Below the pieces are notes generated by a model. The model had not been told where the DNA came from and did not search any database. It worked only from the letters and a program-made list of their open reading frames with translations. A DNA stretch of 64,000 nucleotides from assembly GCA_051294905.1 (NCBI GenBank), contig CM119371.1, positions 1,490,001 through 1,554,000 on the forward strand, read 5' to 3'. The stretch comes from Botryllus schlosseri. Taxonomy: Eukaryota. Shown here piece by piece: positions 54,056-64,000 of this stretch. The first letter of the stretch is position 1, and each line of letters begins with the position of its first letter. The position numbers and the translations under genes are program-made.

Positions 54056-55856
54056 ATAGCCACTGAAATCTAAACATTTTTTGTACAGCCTTAATGCAGA
54101 GGACATGTAGTATAATGCTTTCTATCACGACTACGGCGTCATGGATCACGAGCTGTCATCACGTCACAAGTCTCCGCATACCCACATAAACTATACTTCG
54201 GCAACTATATGCTTGTTAGTACGTAACTAAATCATAGAATCGATCTCACTTCCCAATCCAATTTTCCAAATAGCGATTCAATCCGACGATGTCCGAGAAG
54301 TGAACGTAGTGCTTTTGCTGGGAAATTGTTGTGACGCAAATCCACTTCCTTCACCTGCAACGATGGAAATATTTTATGAAACTAGGGTACTAATCGTAAA
54401 AGACAGTATACCAGATGCTATTTACGTTACGGCCGAAGGATAACCAATACAACGTACATTACGGAGCCAATGCTGATTGTTCAACTATTCGGGAACATGT
54501 GTCACATTCGATATAACTCGAGAATCTCTAGTGATAAAATGTGCGCACTGAGTTCACAGGTTTACGTAAAATGTATCGCAAAGTAGTTCTTCATAGAAGT
54601 GAAAACGCAACGCAACACAAGGAGAATTAAAGTGACAAAAATATGGCTCTGATATCTGGTTTCGCAGCAAAATGTCAGTTTTGGGTCAACCGGTCCCTGG
54701 CTCCCACAGAAACCTGAAATGGGTTTGAATATTGATGAACCAAATTCCAATGTCACCGCTTATAGTTGAATCTATCTTATTCCTCACAACATATATCGGT
54801 AGTCACCACAGTTTTCACGACTCCGACTCCATCGCGCGAAGATTAGCCAAACTCCGACTCCACAGCCCTGGTTACAACCCCGTCATAATCCTGATTTAAA
54901 TGTCCCATATTATATCGACTTTACTTGATTATAGATAGTGCACTGTAGTACACTGTTACATGACATCATCGAGAAGTGGCCTCGTGGCCATTTTTGGTAT
55001 GGCACACTGCCAAAATCAATATGAACAGACCAACACCGAATTTTGCGCAAAATTTACTGAGGAATAGGATGATCAAGTGATCAGCCGTTAGCCGCCATCG
55101 AAAACGAAACAGTTATCGCGCTTGACAGGGGGTTGTAATTGTAGCAAATGGCCTGAAGGCCGCAATTTCACGGTAAAATTGACATTGGAGAATATAAAAT
55201 AAAAGTAAATATTTGAATGCCAACCGAGAATGTTAGTAAACTGTCTAATGATATCATCATCTCATCACCTATCTCAGCATGGAACACAGTTAACGTTACC
55301 ACAGACACAGCGGCTTTGCGTGAAATCCGCAATTCGTTAGGTATAGGCCAGCGGTTCTCAACCAGGGGTCCGCGGACCCTAGGGGTCCGCGAAGCAATTT
55401 CAGGGGGTCCGCGAGACCTCTAGATTTTTCAAATGGTTGTTAACCTTATATTATTTTATTTTTAAATTTGAGAAAGCATGGGGCAGTTTCGCACCACAAG
55501 TGCTAAAACCTCATGACTCATATCATCATAATATTCGTATGACATGAACTATCGTAGTGTGGAAAATCATTTCCATTGCGAATTTTTCAATAACCTGCTG
55601 ATAGAAACATATTGCTGTTTAGAGACGTTTTGTTAGGGTTTGTGGAAAAAATAAAAATATGGAGATAACGTCAATCAGGGTGACTTCATAATGTCTGCGA
55701 AACCTTCTCGATGCGAAGTTGTCAGTACAATAAAATTAGTGAACAGTCGTTTGAGAAAAAAATGCCGGAGTATTTCCCTAATTTGTCCCAATGGAAGGAT
55801 TGAAACCTCGCCACGAAATTTATTTATTCTGTGATATACACAACCACTATTTTAAC

Positions 55857-55945
55857 AGCTTCTTGAAGGTAGAGAACTGCAATATACAATTGAATAGTAT
55901 ATTCATATTGAAATGAACACGAGTATTTGCGGCTGACGCTCGTCA
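55857..55945 (-). mobile_element. Degenerate PLE terminal fragment (tail plus eroded hammerhead)
   Basis: Diverged match to 56394-56482. Confidence 0.75.
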
Positions 55946-56453
55946 TAAATAAGAGATTGATATATCTGCCCTTAAAGCTCGACTATCAGATTTTGCACAT
56001 TCTTATTGCGGATTCCCTATCGCCAAGGCTGGTTTTTTGATGAACAAGGAGCGTTTCGTTGCTATCAAAGCATTACGCTCCAACCCTGAAATTCATATCA
56101 CCAGTTATATTGGTATGCAGCCTTGTCTTGTTAATGTTCAATTGTTCACGGTCGAAAATGTTTGCTCGTAAATATATATGTCAACCCGAACATAACAAGT
56201 CGTTCCTGACAGTTTTTCTCAGGTTGGAAAGCTTGGATCCATTCTTTGGCGCAGAAAATTTGTCTATACTTTTAGATTAAGATTTCACTTTGACAGTATA
56301 AACTCTCTGCGGCTCGCGATTTGTATGTTGCCATCCCTGCGCTAGCTGCTGGACATGATATGTTCATAAAATATATGTTTCTTCATTTTGAAGAGCTTCT
56401 TGGAGGTACAGAACTTCAATATACAATTAAATAGTATATTCATATTGAAATGA

Positions 56454-56487
56454 ACCCGAATATTTTCGGCTGACACTCGTCAGGGGT
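56454..56487 (-). ncRNA. Minimal type I hammerhead ribozyme (left arm copy)
   Basis: Exact reverse complement of 57534-57567. Confidence 0.85.
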
Positions 56488-56588
56488 AATCGTCAGCAAC
56501 TAGTAGAGAATTGGAAAGAACATTGTATATCAACAATCGTATCACAAAATATGACGTCACCAGCATGAAATTTCGAATGAGAGAGCGT

Positions 56589-57006
56589 TCAATGTACTAT
56601 TTTTAGGTGATACACGAACTCCTTTTGTTGACAGAGTTTTGGTTGGTGTATTTTGATAAAAGTTGATTCCAAGGCACACAAATGGAATTGTGAACGGCCT
56701 CGACCTACGATTCGAAATCGGTCGTCTCGATAATTATTCGCACAAATCGGATTATCCAACAGATGTTTGCCGATGGCAGAATTAATTGCCTTTGATCGAT
56801 CAGCATCAATCTTAAGTGGATGAGTTAAGGGTGAGCTTTTCACATCGCGTGACGCACGTGTTCTGATAAATCTGGGGACATGTTGGTTTATGCGGTCCTG
56901 CAGACGTCTTGACGTTCTTCCCACGTAGCCACAATCACAGTGGCACCTATATTCGTACACTACATTACTTTGTTGAAGTGCAGGAAGCACGTCTTTGCGT
57001 GTTGAA
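56589..57006 (-). CDS. Mirror copy of the PLE GIY-YIG domain (left arm)
   Basis: The ORF track translation is identical to the + arm from STRKDVLP onward. Confidence 0.85.
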
Positions 57007-57432
57007 CTGCTCCCTTCAACACGCAAAGACGTGCTTCCTGCACTTCAACAAAGTAATGTAGTGTACGAATATAGGTGCCACTGTGATTGTGGCTACGTGG
57101 GAAGAACGTCAAGACGTCTGCAGGACCGCATAAACCAACATGTCCCCAGATTTATCAGAACACGTGCGTCACGCGATGTGAAAAGCTCACCCTTAACTCA
57201 TCCACTTAAGATTGATGCTGATCGATCAAAGGCAATTAATTCTGCCATCGGCAAACATCTGTTGGATAATCCGATTTGTGCGAATAATTATCGAGACGAC
57301 CGATTTCGAATCGTAGGTCGAGGCCGTTCACAATTCCATTTGTGTGCCTTGGAATCAACTTTTATCAAAATACACCAACCAAAACTCTGTCAACAAAAGG
57401 AGTTCGTGTATCACCTAAAAATAGTACATTGA
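57007..57432 (+). CDS. GIY-YIG endonuclease domain, C-terminal part of PLE ORF (5'-truncated, no true start)
   Basis: LPSTRKDVLP..SNVVYEYRCHCDCGYVGRTSRRLQDRINQH...SAIGKHL...F.IV.R....LESTFIK..QPKLC.QKE matches the PLE GIY-YIG pattern (VVY..C.C..YVG.T.R.L..R..H; SAI..H; LE..I...P.L). Confidence 0.88.
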   Translation: MLPSTRKDVLPALQQSNVVYEYRCHCDCGYVGRTSRRLQDRINQHVPRFIRTRASRDVKSSPLTHPLKIDADRSKAINSAIGKHLLDNPICANNYRDDRFRIVGRGRSQFHLCALESTFIKIHQPKLCQQKEFVYHLKIVH

Positions 57433-57533
57433 ACGCTCTCTCATTCGAAATTTCATGCTGGTGACGTCATATTTTGTGATACGATTGTTGATATACAATG
57501 TTCTTTCCAATTCTCTACTAGTTGCTGACGATT

Positions 57534-57567
57534 ACCCCTGACGAGTGTCAGCCGAAAATATTCGGGT
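57534..57567 (+). ncRNA. Minimal type I hammerhead ribozyme (PLE-associated)
   Basis: ACCC-CTGACGA-G(TGTCAGC)C-GAAA-ATAT-TC-GGGT: stem I ACCC/GGGT, intact CUGANGA and GAAA core, palindromic AATATT stem III, UH cleavage site after C57563. Confidence 0.85.
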
Positions 57568-57984
57568 TCATTTCAATATGAATATACTATTTAATTTCTT
57601 CATTTTGGTGCCATAAATGTTACGAATGTATTCGGCAATCCTCGTTCATATCAAAACGAAGACGTGGATTTTCAAGACACGGCCTATAGTACTTCAAGAA
57701 ATACAGCAGCAAAATTAGCTTTGAAGTAATAAAAGTCTACCAATTTCTACATAAATCGTATGAGGTTATTTTCAAGAAAAATCATTATTTTCCTGTTTAT
57801 CACAAGCATACAGTTCATATTTGCATAAGACATGAAGGTTGCACCATATTAGAGCAAAAGTTGAACTCAAACTTGAGGGGGTCCGCGAGGGTCCGTGACG
57901 GTCAAAAGGGGTCCGCGAAACCAAAAAGGTTCTTTTCTTCTCAATAGTATTCCCACACAATCTGAATGCCCTTTACCTGGATAA

Positions 57985-58110
57985 ACTTGATACAGTAATA
58001 CTAATTTTGATTAACCCATCAGCAAGTCTACTGAGATTTGGATACCTAGCAATTGTATTGGGATTCGTCCAATACTTCACTAAGCCGATGCCATCTCTAA
58101 TATCTGAGTC
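57985..58110 (-). pseudogene. Possible hAT transposase C-terminal remnant
   Basis: LVKYWTNPNTIARYPNLSRLA resembles the hATC W......YP.L..LA motif. Confidence 0.45.
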
Positions 58111-59505
58111 ACTCTAAGGACTCTTAGTCTTCGAGCTCATCAGTTGAACATTGACATGCTATTGGCAACAAGCACAAAACATACCCAGCATATTTCCCAA
58201 GTAGTCTACCAAGTATCGGAACTGTCTTTAAACATCACTGTTAGTCCTTGTGACGGTGTTTTCGTCAGTATTAACAATGTCATTCCAAATATCAATTCTA
58301 AAATCGCTCACATTCTGAATTAGACAAGAACCCCTAATGATATCAACCTACATCAAGATCTGACGGAAGAGCAGCTCAAGACATTTCTGCCACTGAAATT
58401 TCCTACGCGGAAAATATATATTATCTGACTCATGGAAAATTGAGTTTTCCATGATCTGACTTCTACATGTAAAAAATATAGTTTATAAACTCCGAGAAGA
58501 TAAGTTCTACCTTTTCTGAACCAAAACATGTTCGACAAGATTCTTATCAGGTTTTCGTCAAAATAAAAATCCTGTCCTGATCCGGATCCGGCAAAACAGT
58601 AAAATCTGGAATCCGGATCCAATCCTATTGCCAAAAAATCACCCGGATTCCTGACCTGTTAGAATCCAAAATCCTGATCCTGTACATCTCTAGTAGCTAT
58701 ACGGCGTTTGGCGTCTGTTATGTTCAGACGCCGAGCAGCAATACAGCGGAGTTATTTCAGTTTTTATTCGATAATTCTGGGATTATCCTTGATTGGTGGA
58801 TAATCCAAGAATTATCACAGAAAAACTGGAATAACTCCGCTTCTACGGCTTGGAATTGAGTCAAATTTGTTTTGCATAGTTTTTGAAGACAGCCCAACAA
58901 TTTCATGGGGTTGGCAGAAAAATTTGAGAAAATTTTTTTTTTGCGTTTATGGGCAAATCCAAAATTTTCAAACTCTACGTAAACCGCGAATATTTGTCGG
59001 AATGAATTCAAATTTGGTGTGCGTCGTTTTTTAAGGCAACCTAACGATTTAATCAAGTAACCAGCAAGATTCAGGAAAAAAAGTTATTTTTGAACAGCCC
59101 TAATGTGCATGCCTCCTATTTACATCGCGTTGGCCCAGATGGGTGTCTGATCTTAAGACTACTAGTCGTGCCGGCATCTTCCTATCATTCATTGTATTGC
59201 AGTCTTGTGATGTTTTGAAGTGATGAAATTTTATGAATAAACTTGAACTTGAACTTTGAAATAAGAAGTCTTGCCATTTTATACATAGGCTAAATAGTAT
59301 GATGTTATTTTCAGGAAAGGTCAATTTGTTGCTGTTTATCACTAGCCTGCAGTTAATATTTGCACAATATAGATGACGGTTGCACGATAATAGAGATAAT
59401 TTTGAACCAAACCTTGCGGGGTAAACGGTGGTCCGTGATGGTCCAAAGGGGGTCTGCGAAGACAAAAAGGTTGAGAACCACTGTCATATACAATACCAAG
59501 GCCTG

Positions 59506-59760
59506 TGGCGAGATAGCGTAGTGGTATAATCTACAGTCACCTCACGACACCAATAGGTCCGAGGTCGACTTCAGAATTCCTACCTATGTGTTGGACGTTA
59601 ATCTAGGCTACTCCTCGCCATCTCATCCGCGTAATCGGTGTATTACAAAAAGCGTATAAGTGGGCCTCTCTACAAGTCGGCAGATATACTGAATAAAGTA
59701 AGCAATATCGGCCTGGTGTAAATGACCATAGTAGTCGACAAACACCATGAATACCACCGC
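59506..59760 (+). mobile_element. SINE family copy
   Basis: Same head (ggcgagatagcgtagtggtata) and 3' body (tatcggcctggtgtaaatgaccat..aacaccatgaatac) as 63246-63471. Confidence 0.8.
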
Positions 59761-60544
59761 CCACTTCGCCCACCCCAAAAGCCACCACTGCATATTTGAT
59801 TTCTTTCGATCCCGGCGAGATGTCATAATATCCGTGCACCGCCTGTACATCGGAAAGCACGGTGAGTCCTTTGCATTTAATGTGATTAATGCTCCAAATG
59901 GACAATTGGACATATACGCTGCACAAAAACTGCCACATAAAGGCATGTGTATTCGATAGTTGGACACACACGAGGAGAATTCACAATGTTTCTGTTGTAC
60001 TCCCATTCTCATCTTCCGAAAATTTGTTTGGCACCGCAGATCGCACATTCGTGACTCTGACTATCATGAGTTTTCGCAGTCTTCCCGGCTTTCGCGAGCA
60101 AAATTAGACTTATTCGAGCCGCGATGGATTTTTGTTCAGCTTGGTATGGCGCACATAAAACTTGATGTTAGTCGCTTTTATGTGCTGAACACATCTCGAC
60201 GTCATACCACTGACTTTCATCTTTATAGTTTTGACAAGTTGGTTATTGAGGTCGACCAGCCTATGAAATCTCGCCACTGATTCTGATGCGTGTACGATAT
60301 CATCAAAGCAATGATTTGTTTGTTTAAAAAAGCATGATTATCTCCATGTCCTCACTATATAATCAAATACCAATATTGCATTTTGGTTAATAATCCCAAT
60401 TTTATATAGTGCTTCGCGCGAATGGATTTAGAACTTGAATGCGGCCCGCGATCTCAAAAGTTTGCCCGCACCCCAGGCTACCGTTCGAATGACTTTCCGG
60501 AAACTACCATTGAAGCGTGCAATATACATATTGCTTAACGAGGA

Positions 60545-60790
60545 GTTGTTTTTGATATTCATGGTGTTTCGACGACATTGGTCAATATTCGTTATCATGT
60601 TTCCGTATTTCCGACTTGTAGCATAGCCGACTTCTATGGTCTCTTTAAGACACTACTTACGCGGATTACGTAACGAGGGGAGCTTACCATCACTTCGATA
60701 GGAATTCTTGAATCGACCCAGTGTCGCCCCAAAACCAGCAGACGATTGGTTTAGCAGCTATGCAACGTACCACTATATGCTATCTCGGCG
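60545..60790 (-). mobile_element. Diverged SINE family copy
   Basis: Collinear similarity to 63246-63471 (attcatggtgttt..ccgacttgtagcat..accactatatgctatctcg). Confidence 0.7.
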
Positions 60791-60897
60791 CACGCTACGG
60801 ACGTGCAAATATAGGCATATTAAGTTGTTGTTAGTGTCCTTGTTACTCCATTACATTTCGACTAAAATTTTGCGAAGATTTTTTTGTTAATACGTCA

Positions 60898-61597
60898 CCG
60901 TGGATGTATCTTCTGTACTTGGGTCACTGGTCGCAGCGGACAGTGATCTGCTTTGGCTGCGCACTAAATGAGCCCAGGTATGGTCCAGACCTGATATATA
61001 TTATATGCGCACGGCGGGTTAGGGACAGATATACGTCGGAGCTGATAGCTGCGCAACAAAAGCTGACCTCTTCGCTCCATTTGGCGTCAGACATGCTGCA
61101 GAGCTGATATCTGCGCTCGAACTAGCGCCTGACATTCCTCAGACCTGATATCTGCGAACTATTTTAACTGGACATGCTCTGGAGCTGATATCTGCGCACC
61201 AAAAGAACCCAGGTATTGCCCGGACCTGATATCCGCCTATATATCCGGACATGCTCCGGAGCTGGATATCTGCGATCTATTTTCATCCAGACATGCTTCG
61301 GAGCTGATATCTGCGCAGCAAATACCCCTAGATATGGTACGGACCTGATATCTGCGCACTGAATGGCCCCAGACATGCTTCAGACGTGATATCTGCGCCC
61401 TGGAACGTTTGAAACAACGTGTGACCTTTATATGACCTCTATGTCTGCTGTTTTTTGTGATATCTGCGATATCTGAGTATATCCACAGTGATATCTGCGA
61501 TATCTGAGTATATCCACAGTAGTGATATCTGCGGTATCTGCGGTACCTGCGATATCTGCGATATCTGAGTATATCCACGGGGGTCGGGGACCCGTAT
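60898..61597 (+). repeat. Minisatellite array (ctgatatctgcg core, ~29/59-bp period, then 9-bp gatatctgc units), probably internal to a TIR element
   Basis: More than 20 gatatctg cores. Ends ccgtggat.. / ..atccacgg are inverted. Confidence 0.8.
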
Positions 61598-61599
61598 AG

Positions 61600-62859
61600 C
61601 TAAATCTTGCCACGGTTTTTGAAAAACTGATTGACTGCCGACTCAAAAAATTTTTCGAATTGAATGCAGTACTGTCTCCGACCCAGCATGGATTCAGATC
61701 AAACCACAACACCAACCATGCAATACTATCAATTGTAACGGACTATTACAAAACCATCAAGCAAAAAAATAGTGGCTGCAGCATTTTTATCGACCTCCGC
61801 AAAGCTTTCGACACAGTTAACCACAGAATCTTAAGATACAAGCTAGAACACTATGGAATCAGGGGTATTGCAGCAACTCTACTTGAAAGCTACCTGGCAA
61901 ATCGCAAACAATTTGTTAAACTGGGGACATTAAGATCGACTACCAGAGATATAACTTGTGGAGTCCCACAAGGCTCAGTCCTTGGACCGACTTTTTTCCT
62001 CATTTATATTAACGACATTGTTAATGCATCTTTATTCCGCACAACCCTATTTGCTGATGATACTCACCTCTTCATAACCTCTAACACTGGCAATGATTTG
62101 CATGCATCCGTGAATAGGGAACTCCCAAAAGTATCGAGATGGCTCCAAGCAAACAAACTAAGCTTGAATGCAGATAAGACCGAGATGCTCCTTTTAAATA
62201 ATGCCAATCATAGTTTCACTGTGAACATCAATCATAAACAAATCTCCATATGTGACTCAGCAAAATATCTCGGTGTCACTATTGATGCTAAAATGTCTTG
62301 GAAGCAGCATATTGAATGCACAATATCAAAACTAGCTCGGTGTGTGGGAATAATGACCCGTCTGCAATCTTTGGTTTCCAGATCAATACTACGAACCATA
62401 TATTTTTCTCTTTTCCACTCTCACCTGCAATATGGAATCGTAGTATGGGGAAGTGCATGCAAAACATTTCTGTGCAGAATTCGAACCCTGCAAAACCGTG
62501 CGATACGGCTGATCTCATCTGTACCTTTACGTACCAATTTATCGCCTTACTACCGTAAGCATCGAATTTTGCGAGTTGATGAGCTATATCGCTTCGAAGT
62601 ATCAAAAGTTGTTCACAAATATTTTTCCAATAGTCTGCCTCCTGTGTTTGATGACTTTTTCATACCTGCTAAAAATGTCCATTCCCATTACACGAGATCC
62701 TCGTCAAAGGGAAATATCTACTTACCCCCACCCAATAGCAACCTAACTAAGAGATCTATCGACTACTCGGGACCTATCATTTGGAATGCATTACCACCAC
62801 ATATCCGTGAATTGCCTTATGATAGATTCAAAAAAGCCCTACTTGATCACCTCTTATCG
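61600..62859 (+). mobile_element. 5'-truncated non-LTR retrotransposon ORF2 (reverse transcriptase, CR1/L2 group)
   Basis: Open frame from ~61600 (VFEKLI..QHGFR..FIDLRKAFDTVNH..GVPQGSVLGP..LFADDT..KYLGV) with the typical C-terminus YTR..P..RSI.Y.GP.IWN.LP..FKK. No endonuclease domain. The last ~22 codons of the listed ORF (to 62928) come from an inserted hAT end at 62860. Confidence 0.92.
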
Positions 62860-63245
62860 CAGTGGTTCCCAACCTTTTTCATCTCGTGCCTCCCTTGGCC
62901 GAAATTTGAGCCAAAATTCCCCCCTTAGGAGAAATCTGCCCGATGATTAAAAAAGGTGATTTTTAACCGCGCAATCACCGGTTGACCGAAGAATAAGACG
63001 GGCGGTACGGAGTGTTTGTTTCTAGCAGTGCTGTAGCAACACTTTGTAGACCTCCAAAAACAATGGTCTTGGTCCCAATCAAACAAATTCTGGAAGGCTT
63101 GACTCAACAGACCCCATTTTTCCATTTGTGTTTTCGGCTTATTATGCACTAATCGCTAATATAACCGCTGTGAAAAATCAGTATGCATAAATGTACTGGT
63201 CTCGCGATTTTTTTCTCAAGTAACTAAGTAAGTGGCCTTCCTATT

Positions 63246-63471
63246 TGTTTGTTTGTTTTGGGGTATTCATGGTGTTTGTCGACTACCATGGTCATTTACA
63301 CCAGGCCGATATTTATCTTATCTTCCGTAACTGCCGACTTATAGCATGGCCCACCTCTAGGCTTTTTGTAAGACACCGCTGACGCGGATGAGGTGGCGAC
63401 CTCGGTCGGACTCGAACCCGTACCCATTGGTGTTGCAGCCGCGGATTATACCACTGCACTATCTCGCCACT
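63246..63471 (-). mobile_element. tRNA-derived SINE, full length
   Basis: A-box TAGTGCAGTGG (63451-63461), B-box GGTTCGAGTCC (63408-63418), GCA at the anticodon position, (AAAC)n tail, 13-bp TSD tggccttcctatt (63233-63245 / 63472-63484). Confidence 0.88.
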
Positions 63472-63639
63472 TGGCCTTCCTATTGGAATTTCGTCTATTG
63501 GTCCTGGTACTCGAAAATGCGACAATAAACTGCTCAAAGTGAAGAAAATTAGCATATTATAAATCAAAATCATTCAATATTACCAAACAGAGTTATAAAA
63601 AGTGAGTCTAACAAGACTTCAACTGGAAATTGAGCAGTC

Positions 63640-63826
63640 AGCACAATGACTTGGACTCGGACTCGAGTCATAATAAAATGAATCTGACTCGAACCTACGC
63701 TCGGTGACTTGGCTCGTCGGACTTGACTCAATAGTGAATTGAAAATGACTCGACTTGATTCGAGTCAAAACTGTTTAAGTGAGATTGACTTGTGACTCGG
63801 AGCCTCGTGACTTGGTTACAGCCCTG
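63640..63826. mobile_element. MITE family rich in gactc/gactt repeats; relatives at 7885-8015, 16220-16310, 17475-17601, 31644-31850
   Basis: Ends in acagccctg. Dense gactcg/gacttg motifs. Confidence 0.6.
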
Positions 63827-64000
63827 ATACATACCGTGATATATAACATACACGTAATCAGATTTCCTGCTTGAGCTCATTGAAGTTTAGGACACTCATT
63901 CTGTTTCGGCAACATTGCACCAAGTTTAACATGCATTTTTTTCGATCGAGTAGCTGTTCACTAAAAATAAAGGCAGGCTAGCGATCTCTTTGACTTGAAT

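Larger units (their letters stand above)
56391..57594. mobile_element. Penelope-like element (PLE) insertion: two 5'-truncated copies joined head-to-head as a palindrome
   Basis: Arms 56425-57006 and 57015-57596 are reverse complements around an 8-nt spacer (ctgctccc). Flanked by the 13-bp direct repeat tttcttcattttg (56378-56390 and 57595-57607). The left arm has an extra ~35-nt tail. Encodes a PLE-type GIY-YIG domain and carries hammerhead motifs. Confidence 0.92.
55350..57932. mobile_element. hAT MITE ends (ggggtccgcg subterminal motifs) bracketing the PLE palindrome; a second right end lies at ~59300-59483
   Basis: Left end cagcggttctcaaccaggggtccgcgg at 55350. Right-end motifs at 57877-57932 and 59447-59483 (ggttgagaaccactg). 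The pairing is not confirmed by a TSD. Confidence 0.5.

Noticed and set aside
56589..57432. Stand-alone homing endonuclease gene pair
   Set aside because: There is no real start codon (the ORF starts are read-through of the opposite arm). The PLE-type Cys motif, TSD and hammerhead indicate Penelope.
56425..57596. Assembly or amplification fold-back artefact
   Set aside because: The 13-bp TSD, asymmetric tail and analogous structure at 18288-19770 argue for a real insertion, although this was not excluded without reads.
59770..60310. C2H2 zinc-finger gene (HECAICG.., VCPT..H...H)
   Set aside because: Cys/His spacing is irregular and there are stops in the relevant frame. Too weak to call.
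60930..61400. CRISPR-like repeat/spacer pattern
   Set aside because: The spacers are homologous to each other, the repeats are short and degenerate, there are no cas genes, and the context is eukaryotic. It is a minisatellite.
61660..62928. Retron, group II intron or DGR reverse transcriptase
   Set aside because: The motifs and C-terminus are typical of non-LTR CR1/L2-group ORF2. No msr/msd, intron domain V or TR/VR pair was seen.
63400..63470. Functional tRNA-Cys gene
   Set aside because: Poor cloverleaf. It continues into a repeated body with an (AAAC)n tail and TSD, so it is a SINE head.
1107..63573. Most short ORFs in the supplied track
   Set aside because: They fall in MITEs, satellites or the antisense strand of exons, and show no recognisable domains.

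Overview
AT-rich, repeat-dense eukaryotic (animal) genomic DNA. The TE mix and intron style suggest a marine invertebrate, possibly a tunicate; this is inference and was not verified. It is not a prokaryotic locus. Main contents: (1) A Penelope-like retroelement (PLE) family in four insertions. One is an apparently perfect ~1.17 kb palindrome (56425-57596) with a GIY-YIG endonuclease C-terminal ORF in each arm, a 13-bp TSD, and a minimal type I hammerhead ribozyme in each arm. (2) A probably intact multi-exon minus-strand gene of unknown, LRR-like product (~32.9-52.7 kb), with phase-compatible exons. (3) A ~22 kb stretch (4.9-26.7 kb) of duplicated, shuffled, decaying RBM28/Nop4-like exons with intronic flanks, interleaved with other unidentified gene fragments. 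(4) 5'-truncated LINEs (a CR1/L2-group RT at 61.6-62.9 kb and an L1/Tx1-like zinc-finger 3' end at 30.5-31.6 kb), a tRNA-derived SINE family, and many nested hAT, Tc1-mariner and foldback non-autonomous DNA transposons, one carrying a kinase-like host fragment. (5) A diverged 2.2 kb inverted duplication, minisatellites and a possible Polinton/Maverick end. All identifications come from manual translation and motif recognition; no database search was run.
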